A stretch of 64,000 nt of DNA from Planctomycetota bacterium. GTDB taxonomy: Bacteria; Planctomycetota; GCA-002687715; CAIWVZ01. The translations under genes were made by a program, and so were the position numbers. The stretch's first letter is position 1. Each line of letters starts with the position of its first letter. Shown here piece by piece: positions 49,333 through 58,613 of the stretch. The notes beneath the pieces were generated by a model, which worked only from the letters and a program-made list of their open reading frames with translations, did not search any database and was not told where the DNA came from. The stretch covers positions 480,001 through 544,000 of the forward strand of contig JBGANV010000002.1 in the NCBI GenBank assembly GCA_044222185.1, given 5' to 3'.

Positions 49333-52300
49333 TCAGGTGTCGAACTCGAGGATCCTGGTCTGCGTGATGAACGGCTCGAAGAGATTGCCCGTGTTGGGCT
49401 GCAGGAAGAAGATCCCGTCCGTCTGGATGCCCGGCGGCAGCGTGCCCGGCGGGAAGTCCAGCCGGGCCGAACCCATCGAATCGAGCACGCCGTACAAACC
49501 CGGCGTCGAGATCGTGAAAAGCCAGTTGTTGACGGCGTCCGCACCGAGCCCGAGCACCGGCCCCGTGCCGAGCTGGTGACCGAGCGAGAACGCATACGTC
49601 CACTTCTCGCCTGCATGGTCCGAGCCCGCGTTCAGGATGATCGTCATTCCGCCAGGGACGCCCGTCTCGTGGAGGCGCGCATCGAGGTCGACGTCGCCGC
49701 CCGTCGGAAAGGTCGCCAGGTTGGCCGATCCCATGGAGCGCGTCGGCTGGGTCCGGAAGTCCTTGCCCGTGTTCGAATCGAAGCCCGTGGGCGTGCGGCC
49801 GATGGCGCCCGACGAGATCGTGGAGCGGAAGGCTGCACCGGTGAACTCGGTCCAGGCTGACGGCGCGCGCGGCGCGTTGTGGGGAATGACGTGCGTGGCA
49901 CCCGTCGTTCGCAGGACGTCGACGCAGCGGCCATAGCTGTCGTACAGCGCGCACGAGAACTCCTCACCGACGAACGGGAGGTTGTACCCGAGCGGCACGA
50001 CGTTGACGTAGTTCGACGTGGTCGCCATCTCCGCCGGCGGCGAGGTCGTCTCGCCGAGCACGACGTAGCTGTTCGCCGCCATGGTGCGCGGCGTCGGGAA
50101 CGGATCGATGCGCGTGTGCGCGCTGTTCTGCGCGGGGCTCGTCAACAGGTACCAGCCCTGGACGTTCACCGAGGGCGAAAGGAGCAGCGTCCCCGGCCGA
50201 TGGAGCTCGACGTAGTCCGGGCTGTCGTCGACTTCGTTGATCCGAACGCTGCGGATGGCGATGGGGTCCTGACCCCTCAGACCCGATGCGACGTTCTCGA
50301 GACCGAAGCTGCGCGGCCGGCCCGTGGTCCAGTCGCCACCGCTGTTGGAGTCCAACCCCCAGATGCGCTCGGCGTTCAACTCGGACGGGTTCGTGAGCTC
50401 GGAGTAGACGATGCCACGGAACTTGCCGCCGAGGCTTCCCTCCGCGTACGTCCCCGTGGCGCCTTGGATGTGGACCTCGTCCACGACGATCTTGTTGTTG
50501 TTCACGAGCGCGACGGCAAGGTCGCCGGTGATCGTGCCGATCGCGGGAAGCAGTGCGAGCACCTGCGTGTTCGCCGGGACTTCCGGCAAGGTTCCGCTCG
50601 CTTCCTTCACGACGATGATCTCGCCCGGAGCGATCGTCACGTTCAGGGGCGACGACGTCAGCGTGGAGCCATCCTTCCAGACGACGGACCAGTTGGTGAG
50701 ACTCACGGTCGTCGTGGAGAAGTTGGTCAGCTCGACGGCGTCAGGGTTGCCCGTCGTGACCTCGGTGATCATCACCTTCTGGGGTTCGGGCGGAACGGGC
50801 GGGAACACGACGTAGTAGAGGCCGGCGTCGACGCAGCCGACGTCGCTCCCCGGTGCGCCCACGAGCACGTCGATGCGGGCGTCGCCGTCGGCATCGCCGT
50901 CACCCGCGACGGACCATCCGAGCTGCTCGTCGTTGGCGCCCGAGTTGTGGTGGTAGAGGACGGCACCCGTCTTGCCGGACCGGATCTCGAACGTTCCGGG
51001 GCCCGTCGCAGCGAACGGGAACGTCATCTGCGGAATCCCGATCAGGATGTCGTTGGATCCGTCGTCGTTGACGTCGCCGGCCGAGCCCACCGAGAGTCCG
51101 AAGCGGTCACCGACCGCGGCTCCGGTCCACGTGAACCGCGTCGCGTACGACAGAAGCAGGCTCGAGTGCCCGAAGACGCGAACGTATCCAGTGCCGTTGC
51201 CCGTGCCGCTGAAGAAGTTCGGGATCTCCGGCGCGCCGACGACGATCGCACCGGACGGGCCGCTGGACGCCGTCTCGGGAACGAGCGCGACCGAGAACCC
51301 GAAGTTGTCGTATGCGCCGTCGCCGTCCTTGTTGACGACGTTCGAACCGGTGGCTCCGCTGAAGACGTAGGCCCGACCGGCCTCGAACGCCCCGGTGCCG
51401 CTGGCGCGCTTTGGCGCCCCGACGATGTAATCCGGCACGCCGTCACCCGTGACGTCGACGCCACCGCCCACCGACCAGCCGAACGAATCACTCGCCGCGC
51501 CCCCGTTGTGGGCGCGCATCAGTCCGCCGTTCGACGACCACACCTCGGCGCGGCCCGCGGAGCTGTTGTAGGACGGCGCGCCCACGAGGAAGTCCAGGTC
51601 GCCGTCGCCATCGACGTCCCCGATTCCCGCGACGGACGTTCCGAAGCGCGCCCCCGCGGTGCCGTAGTTGATCGTGGCGAGGATCGCGCCCGTCGCACCA
51701 TTCAGCATCTGGACCCGGCCGGCGTCCGAGTTGTATCCCGGAGCTCCAACGAGGACCTCGGACTTGCCGTCGCCCGTGACGTCACCCATGGATGCGACCG
51801 CGAATCCGAGCTCGGAGTTCGTGGGCCCGTTGAGCGTCCACAGGGCGGCTCCCGTGGCGCCGGAGTAGCAGCGCACGCGGCCGCCTGCGGTCGAGACACC
51901 CGACGAGCCGACGACGTAATCGTCCTTGGCGTCACCGTTCACGTCGCCAATCCACGTCACCGACTGTCCGACGCGATCGAACTGTGACGTGCACGGCGGC
52001 GGGAGGATGATGAAGTTCACGCTCGTGGACGACGGCCCGCCCGCGTTGTTGTCGTTGAGGATGTCGACGGCCACGTTCCCGGCGTTTTGGAGCAGGTTCC
52101 CGGGAACCACCGCCGTCGCCGTGTAGCGGTCGATGACGGTCGTGTTCACTGGGACGCCGTTGAAGCGGACCCGCGTCCCCAGGATGCCGCCGCCATCGAG
52201 CGAGCCCTCGTGGTACCAGCTTCCGCCGACGGTGATCGTGAGCTGTCCCACGGTCCCGGCCTCGACCGCATTCGGAACCACGTAGGTGATCGTCGGCGTG

Positions 52301-53091
52301 CTCGGTTGGCCGTAACGAGCCTGCAGGCCATTGGCGTCGCCGTTCGTCATGTGGGCGCGGTTGCCCATGGAATCCTGGAACGCGGCGTAGGCGGGCTTCG
52401 CCTGGATCGTCACGGCGCCGTTGATGCCGAACGCCGTGTCGTTGTAGTGCATGATCGATTCGAAGTCGTAGGCGCCGGAGGTGAACGCTCCGCCCACGAG
52501 ATCGAAGTTGTGGTCACAGCTCGACCCATTGCAGGCCGTCTGCGAGATGTTGTTGTAATTGATCGTCACGAAGCTGTTGCGGTCCGGCCGCGACTGCTCA
52601 TGCAGGTATCCGAGCGCGTGGAACAGCTCGTGGACGAGGACGAACTTGCTGTCCCAGTGATTGGCGCCGACGGCGAGGATCTGCTGCCCGCCCTGCATGC
52701 CGATCTCGGAATGACTGACGCTCGGATATCCAGTGTTGGGGACCACCAGGATGAAATCCCCCGAGTAACTGGGCGTGACCTCGAAGAAGTCGATGTTCGC
52801 CGTGCACTCGATTTCGGTCCAATAGCGGCGGAACAGGTCCCGGTGCGCGGACGAGATGGCCGGATCGAATGCGATCCGGACGTTGCCGCTGGGCCACGGC
52901 GTCGCCGTGAAGGTGGAATCGCCGCTGACGACCGCGGCCGGAAGCCACATGTCGTCGACGAGGACGACGCCCGGGCGCGGCGGCACGGGCGGTCCGGACG
53001 GAATTTCCTGCGCATGGAGGACGAACGAAATCGCCACCAGCACGGGGCCGGCGAGCGAGAACGAGCGACGCAGACGGATTTCGTGAAGCAT
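49333..53091 (-). CDS. Tandem paralog of the astacin/FG-GAP/lamin-tail protein (1252 aa)
   Basis: HELFHALGYLHEQSRPDR, YDFESIMHY; colinear with 45188-48949 over the full length; both end in LEFDT. Confidence 0.9.
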   Translation of the reverse strand: MLHEIRLRRSFSLAGPVLVAISFVLHAQEIPSGPPVPPRPGVVLVDDMWLPAAVVSGDSTFTATPWPSGNVRIAFDPAISSAHRDLFRRYWTEIECTANIDFFEVTPSYSGDFILVVPNTGYPSVSHSEIGMQGGQQILAVGANHWDSKFVLVHELFHALGYLHEQSRPDRNSFVTINYNNISQTACNGSSCDHNFDLVGGAFTSGAYDFESIMHYNDTAFGINGAVTIQAKPAYAAFQDSMGNRAHMTNGDANGLQARYGQPSTPTITYVVPNAVEAGTVGQLTITVGGSWYHEGSLDGGGILGTRVRFNGVPVNTTVIDRYTATAVVPGNLLQNAGNVAVDILNDNNAGGPSSTSVNFIILPPPCTSQFDRVGQSVTWIGDVNGDAKDDYVVGSSGVSTAGGRVRCYSGATGAALWTLNGPTNSELGFAVASMGDVTGDGKSEVLVGAPGYNSDAGRVQMLNGATGAILATINYGTAGARFGTSVAGIGDVDGDGDLDFLVGAPSYNSSAGRAEVWSSNGGLMRAHNGGAASDSFGWSVGGGVDVTGDGVPDYIVGAPKRASGTGAFEAGRAYVFSGATGSNVVNKDGDGAYDNFGFSVALVPETASSGPSGAIVVGAPEIPNFFSGTGNGTGYVRVFGHSSLLLSYATRFTWTGAAVGDRFGLSVGSAGDVNDDGSNDILIGIPQMTFPFAATGPGTFEIRSGKTGAVLYHHNSGANDEQLGWSVAGDGDADGDARIDVLVGAPGSDVGCVDAGLYYVVFPPVPPEPQKVMITEVTTGNPDAVELTNFSTTTVSLTNWSVVWKDGSTLTSSPLNVTIAPGEIIVVKEASGTLPEVPANTQVLALLPAIGTITGDLAVALVNNNKIVVDEVHIQGATGTYAEGSLGGKFRGIVYSELTNPSELNAERIWGLDSNSGGDWTTGRPRSFGLENVASGLRGQDPIAIRSVRINEVDDSPDYVELHRPGTLLLSPSVNVQGWYLLTSPAQNSAHTRIDPFPTPRTMAANSYVVLGETTSPPAEMATTSNYVNVVPLGYNLPFVGEEFSCALYDSYGRCVDVLRTTGATHVIPHNAPRAPSAWTEFTGAAFRSTISSGAIGRTPTGFDSNTGKDFRTQPTRSMGSANLATFPTGGDVDLDARLHETGVPGGMTIILNAGSDHAGEKWTYAFSLGHQLGTGPVLGLGADAVNNWLFTISTPGLYGVLDSMGSARLDFPPGTLPPGIQTDGIFFLQPNTGNLFEPFITQTRILEFDT

Positions 53092-53427
53092 GAGCGGCTC
53101 TATGAGTGACTCGAGACCGTGCCCGGTGGCTTCACCAGCAACCTTCGCGTCGATTGCCGTCGCGCGGTCCGTGCAGACGCCGATCCCGACGGGAAGCGAG
53201 TGGGAATGTCCTGGGGATACGCACCAGGAAACCATGCAAGGGGGGGCCCTTGCGGGGCTGGAGCAGGCGGCGCTGCATGTCTGCAACGCCGCCTGAGGAT
53301 CAAGCGTCGCGTTTCACCGAAATGTGACACGCGATCTGAGCGGGCGGAAATGAGCCCCTTCGACCGGGGCGACTCTCGGGCGCGCAGGCCCGAGGCCCGT
53401 GCGATTCACGCGCGGGGACGCGTCTTC

Positions 53428-55278
53428 TCAGCGCGTTCCCGTGAAGAACGTGTAGCCGCCGCTGCCGTTGGGGACGAACGTGATGCGGGCCGGCCCGCCT
53501 CCGAGCGTCATGAGGTCGAACGTGTCGCGCAGGAAGGCGCCGCTGTCAGCAAAGGCGAACTTCTCGAGGAGCGCCGATCCGGCCGGGATGCTGCCGCGGG
53601 AGCCGCCAGAGAAGGACGTGACGCTCAAGTTCGAGCTGGCGGACGCGCCAGCTGCCGGAGCGGGGAGTGCGCCGGGGGAGATCCCGGTCAGACCGTCCGA
53701 CATCGTCGTCGACCCGTAGTAGATCGTGAAGACGCCGGCGGGCGTCGGGCCGACGCCCTGGTAGAGCTGCACGGAGAAGTTGTTGCCGTTCAGCGAGTTG
53801 GCGAACTCGACGGTGTGCTCATAGGACGCGGTGAACGTGGTCGTCGTCTCGGACGTGCGGACCGGGGCGCTCGTCGCGTTGTTCAGGAGGTCGTCCCACA
53901 CGAGGGCGATGCGCGGCACGCCGGTCATCATGCCGAACTCGGACTCGCCGAAGCTCGAGTCGCCGGAGTTGAACGTGAGGTAGCCGTTCGAACCGACGAA
54001 CACCTGTGTCTTCGACACGCCGTAGAACGGCCACGAGCCGAACGCCCCGAAGGTCACGCTCTGGTATCCGTCATCGATACTGGCGCTCGTGGCCACCGTC
54101 GAACCGACGGGCATCTGAGGCGCCACGACCGAGATCGTCGTCGCCGCGGTGAGGCGGAATCCCGACGACGATGACGTGTCCTGCATGATGCCCTGGACCG
54201 TCAGGCTCGCCCCGACCGGCACCGTGTCCGGAATCTGCGCGTCGAGGAAGTTCATGCCCGAGGAATTGATGGTCCCGAGGAAGAAGCCCAGCGGGTTCGA
54301 CGGATCGAAGCCGTTGATCAGGATCGACAGCGGGGACCCGACGCTGAGGTTCGCCACACCGACACCGGGGAAGAACGTGCCGACTTCCTGGAGCGTGCCG
54401 GCGACGAGAGCCCATGGGGTGCCCGGAACGCCGTCCGCGCGGAAGGAGATCCGTTGGCCCGGTGCGGCTTCGAAGCTGTACGGCGTCTCGGGTCGCAGGT
54501 CGCCGCCCCAGGTGCCGGACCCGAACGCACCGTCCTGATGGCTCGAGCTGAGGACGCGGAGTGCGCTCGCGCCCGTGTTCCGCTCACCCGCGAGCAGACG
54601 AACGTTGTCGATGTAGGCACGCGGCGAAACCGCCGTGTCGCCCACGTTGGCGACGGAGATTTCCACGCGCATCACGGTGCCGGCCGGCACCGAAGAGAGG
54701 TCGACGTGAGCCCGCTTGAACCCGGCGGGAGCCTGGTTGGCCGTCGCCCCCGTCAGCGTCGCCTGGTTCGGGACCCACGTGAGGACACCCGCGCCCGCAC
54801 CGGGAACGTTCGTGTATCCAGGCGTCCCGGCCGTCGTGCCGGTGTCGATGAACACGACGTTCGCGATCAACGCGTTGGTGGCGTTGTTGACGATGTCGAT
54901 CGAGAGGTAGTCGTTGAACGTCGCGGCCGGCAGGCTCTCGTTCGGGAGGAACTCCCAGTCGACTCGGAAGCCGCAGAACGGACCCACGGGGCGCGTCACG
55001 AGCTGCGTGATCTGTCCACAGGTGCCGGGAGCGTGAGGCCCGAATCCCGCGGTCGACGGGCCGGTGCCGGCGGCATTCAGTACGAGGTACTGATTTCCGG
55101 CGCTCGGGAAGAGGTCATCGGCGGTGGCACTGATGGTGGCGGTACCGCCCGTCACCGTCCAGCCGGGAGGAGGCGAGCCTGGAGCGCCATTTTCGAAGCT
55201 GCCGTTGAAGATCTGTGCGTGTGCAGCCATGGACAAACACAAGGCGATGCATGACGCGGAGACATACTGAAGCCGCAT
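53428..55278 (-). CDS. Secreted protein: CBM-like N-domain + internal shared module + nidogen-like C-domain (616 aa)
   Basis: Signal peptide AHA|QIFNGSFE...GWT; YIDNVRL; DDG...WPFYG...VGSNGYLTF...IALVWDDL. Confidence 0.82.
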   Translation of the reverse strand: MRLQYVSASCIALCLSMAAHAQIFNGSFENGAPGSPPPGWTVTGGTATISATADDLFPSAGNQYLVLNAAGTGPSTAGFGPHAPGTCGQITQLVTRPVGPFCGFRVDWEFLPNESLPAATFNDYLSIDIVNNATNALIANVVFIDTGTTAGTPGYTNVPGAGAGVLTWVPNQATLTGATANQAPAGFKRAHVDLSSVPAGTVMRVEISVANVGDTAVSPRAYIDNVRLLAGERNTGASALRVLSSSHQDGAFGSGTWGGDLRPETPYSFEAAPGQRISFRADGVPGTPWALVAGTLQEVGTFFPGVGVANLSVGSPLSILINGFDPSNPLGFFLGTINSSGMNFLDAQIPDTVPVGASLTVQGIMQDTSSSSGFRLTAATTISVVAPQMPVGSTVATSASIDDGYQSVTFGAFGSWPFYGVSKTQVFVGSNGYLTFNSGDSSFGESEFGMMTGVPRIALVWDDLLNNATSAPVRTSETTTTFTASYEHTVEFANSLNGNNFSVQLYQGVGPTPAGVFTIYYGSTTMSDGLTGISPGALPAPAAGASASSNLSVTSFSGGSRGSIPAGSALLEKFAFADSGAFLRDTFDLMTLGGGPARITFVPNGSGGYTFFTGTR

Positions 55279-55641
55279 GGTTCGAGAACTCCGATTGAGA
55301 AGTGGGAAAGGGGCGCCAGGGAATGCGCCCGCCGTAGGCAACTGCACGAGATTACGCCGGGAGGACGTGGAAGTCGACGAACCGGATGGAGTGCGGGTGA
55401 GAGTTTCAAATGCAGCCTCAGCGGTCCATCAGGGATGAGGGCGTTCGAACCTTTCCTGACGTTTCGCTTTTCTCCACTCACGCACAGGAATCGCTGCCGT
55501 GCTCCGACTCGCTTCGGAAAATCCCCAAAGAGGCGGGCGCGAAGCACACGGACCGATGTTCATGAACTCCGCGCCCGTCTGGCGGATCACGGGGATCCGC
55601 TCGCGACGACGCAGCCGCGCGACTGCATCGTCACCGACCGA

Positions 55642-57492
55642 TCACCTGGTACCGGTGAAGAACGTGTAGCCGCCGGCTCCATCCGGCACGAACGTGATGC
55701 GCGCCGTGCCACCACCGATCGTCATCATGTCGAACAGGTCGCGATACACGCCGACGTCACCGAACGCGAAGCGCTCGATGAGCGGCGCACCGGCTGGAAC
55801 GACTCCCCGCGCGCCGAGCGAGAACGCCGTCGCGCTGAGGTTCGTGCTGACGCTGACTCCAGGACCCGGGGCTGGGAGGCCGCCCGGCGAGATGCCCACG
55901 AGGCCGTCCGAGAGCGTCGCCGCGCCGTAGTAGATCGTGAAGACGCCACCCGGGGTTGGGCCGTTCGCGTTGTAGAGCTGCATCGCGAAGCTGTTCCCGT
56001 TCAGGCTCGTCCCGCACTCGACCGTGTTGTCGTAGGAGACCGTGAACGTCGTGTTCGTTTCCGACGTCTTCACCGGCGCCGTACCCGCGTAGCGGTTGTA
56101 CAGGTCGTCCCACGCGAGCGCGATGCGCGCCGGCCCCGTGACCATCGCGAGCTCGGTCTCGATGTGATTGGACGGAATCGACGCGAACGACACGTAGCCG
56201 TTCGAGTCGATGAAGATCTGCGGACGGGCCACGCCGAAGAATGGCCAGGCACCGAACGCGCCGAACGTCACGGTGTGCGTGCCGTCATCCATGTTCGCGC
56301 CCGCAGCGATCGTCGTCCCGAACGGCATCTGGGCCGACACGACCTCGACGGACGTCGCCGCCGTGAGGCGGAGGCCCGACGGGTTCGTGAGATCCTGCAT
56401 GATGGCCTGGACCCCGAGCTTCACACCCGGCGGAAGATTCGCTGGCACTTGCGCGTCGTAGAAGCTGGTGCCCGTGGCTCCGATGGTGCCGAGCGCCGTG
56501 GATAGCGGATTCGAGACGTCGAACCCGTTGATGACCGTGAAGAGCTGCGCGTTGACGTCCAGGTTGGCGACGCCGACGCCCGCGTGCACGGTTCCCACTT
56601 CCTGGATCACTCCGCCGACCAGTGCCCACGGCGAGCCTGGGATGCTCGTCGCGCGCACCGACAGGCGCTGACCCGGCGTCACCTGGAACGTGTACGGGGT
56701 CTCCGTGCGGAGATCTCCGCTCCAGTCGTTGGCGAGGCCGATGCCGTCCTGATGCGACGATCCGAGGATGCGCAGCGAGGCCGTCGCGGTGTTCCGTTCG
56801 CCACCGAGCAGGCGGACGTTGTCGATGTAGGCGCGCGACACGATGTTCCCGTCGCCGCCGTTGGCGACCGAGATTTCGATTCGCATGGCGGTACCGACGG
56901 GCACCGCGCTCAGGTCGACGTACGCTCGCTTGAAGCCTGCTGGGGCCTGATTGCCGGACGCGTAGTAGATCGTGGATTGGTTCGGCACGTACGTGAGCGT
57001 GCCCGTGGCAGCGCCTGGAACGTTGGCGTACGGAACCGTTCCCGCCGTGAGTCCCGTATCGATGAACACCACGCTCGCGAGCAGCGCGTTGGACACGTCA
57101 TGGATCACGTCGATGGACAGGAAGTCGTTGAACATGGGGCTCGGGAGGATCTCTCCCGGGAGGAATTCCCAATCGATGCTCAGGCTGCACTTGGGCGTGG
57201 GCGGCCGCGTGACCACTTGAACCATCTGACCGCAGCTGCCGGCGACATGCGGGCCGCAGCCTGCCGTCAGCGGGCCGGTCGTCGCGTTCGTGAGCAGGAG
57301 GTAATTCCCTCCATCACTTGGGAACAAGCTGTCGGGCAAGCTGCTGACGATGGCGGTTCCCCCGGTCAGGGTCCACCCCGTGGGCAGCGTCCCGCTCGGC
57401 GTGCTCTCGAAGCTGCCGTTGACGACTTGCGCGCCTGCCGTGATGCAGAATGACGCCGCGGCGAGGGTCGCGATGATTGTGCGGCGTGTCAT
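55642..57492 (-). CDS. Tandem paralog of the nidogen-like secreted protein (616 aa)
   Basis: GGAGG RBS; AGA|QVVNGSFE; same length and colinear with 53428-55278; both end GYTFFTGTR. Confidence 0.82.
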   Translation of the reverse strand: MTRRTIIATLAAASFCITAGAQVVNGSFESTPSGTLPTGWTLTGGTAIVSSLPDSLFPSDGGNYLLLTNATTGPLTAGCGPHVAGSCGQMVQVVTRPPTPKCSLSIDWEFLPGEILPSPMFNDFLSIDVIHDVSNALLASVVFIDTGLTAGTVPYANVPGAATGTLTYVPNQSTIYYASGNQAPAGFKRAYVDLSAVPVGTAMRIEISVANGGDGNIVSRAYIDNVRLLGGERNTATASLRILGSSHQDGIGLANDWSGDLRTETPYTFQVTPGQRLSVRATSIPGSPWALVGGVIQEVGTVHAGVGVANLDVNAQLFTVINGFDVSNPLSTALGTIGATGTSFYDAQVPANLPPGVKLGVQAIMQDLTNPSGLRLTAATSVEVVSAQMPFGTTIAAGANMDDGTHTVTFGAFGAWPFFGVARPQIFIDSNGYVSFASIPSNHIETELAMVTGPARIALAWDDLYNRYAGTAPVKTSETNTTFTVSYDNTVECGTSLNGNSFAMQLYNANGPTPGGVFTIYYGAATLSDGLVGISPGGLPAPGPGVSVSTNLSATAFSLGARGVVPAGAPLIERFAFGDVGVYRDLFDMMTIGGGTARITFVPDGAGGYTFFTGTR

Positions 57493-57859
57493 GTGAGTCC
57501 CCTCCGAGTTTGGGATTGGATTGAAGATCGGAATGTCAGACACAACGCGCGGACGATAGGGGGCGTGGGTCCTCGCGACGATGGGCCTTGCTGCGAGCGC
57601 TTCGTTCGGGAGCGGCGGCGCGAGGCGCGCGCGTCCGTGTCGCGATGTGACGAGGTGCGGTCACGTCGTGGCCGACCTCGTGCACCGGTCACGCGTTAGA
57701 GCATGCGCGGAAGTCGAGAGCCGTCTCGTCGCATCGCGGCTCGCGCGGCGGTTCGCTCAAGTGCGATGAGCCCAACGGCGAACGTCGACTCGTCATGCGC
57801 GTCGTTCAGGCACTACGCCTTCGAGCGAGGTTGCGCCGGCCGCATGGGATGCGACAGCT

Positions 57860-58522
57860 TCAGAACGTCTCTTCGCCGAGGATCTCGCGAAGGAGTTCCT
57901 TGCCGCGCTTGAGCTGTACGGTGAGCGTGTTGGCCTTGACGCCCAGTTCCTCGGCCACCTGCTCGCGCGGCTTCTCTTCGATGTAGACGGCGTGGAGGAC
58001 GCGGCGATAGATCAGCGGAATCTTGCTGATGGCGTCCAGGAGCTTCCGCTTGCGGTCCGCGAGGCCGGCGTTCGTCGCGGGTCCGGCCTGATCGGCAGTG
58101 AAATCGGGCGGCGTGGAGGTGGTCCCCAGATCGTTGGGCGACATCTCTGACGGGCGGCGGCGGATCTTGCGCACCTTGTCCAGAATCACGCGATCGACCT
58201 GCATCTTGAGCCAGGCCTTCAGCGCATGCTTGCGGTTGTATTCGAAGATGTCCCACTTCTCGTAAACGCGCATCCACGCTTCGCAGACGATGTCCTCCGG
58301 ATCGCAGTGGCGAGCGAGATCCTTGCCGAGGTTGCTGCGCGCGTACTGGATCAGCTCGGCGTCGTACTTCTCCTTCAACGAGGCCCACCGCTCTTGGGAC
58401 GGGGGCGATTGGCGCGTTGCGGAGTTTTGCAGGGCCCGGATCGTGTTGCAGGAGTCCGCGGCCGGATCGGGCTCCGGCTGCTGGGCGCTGGTCGAGGTGG
58501 TTGTCGGGTGTTTCGTGGTCAC
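57860..58522 (-). CDS. ECF RNA polymerase sigma factor
   Basis: Region 2 DPEDIVCEAW...AWL; region 4 YRRVL...REQVAEELGVKANTLTVQLKRG. Confidence 0.9.
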   Translation of the reverse strand: MTTKHPTTTSTSAQQPEPDPAADSCNTIRALQNSATRQSPPSQERWASLKEKYDAELIQYARSNLGKDLARHCDPEDIVCEAWMRVYEKWDIFEYNRKHALKAWLKMQVDRVILDKVRKIRRRPSEMSPNDLGTTSTPPDFTADQAGPATNAGLADRKRKLLDAISKIPLIYRRVLHAVYIEEKPREQVAEELGVKANTLTVQLKRGKELLREILGEETF

Positions 58523-58613
58523 GCGAACCTGGTCGGGTCGGGGAACGGCCCGTGGGATGCCGGAAAAGATACCACGGGAGTTGGCGAGCGGGGGGCGGCT
58601 GTGCGAACGCCGT

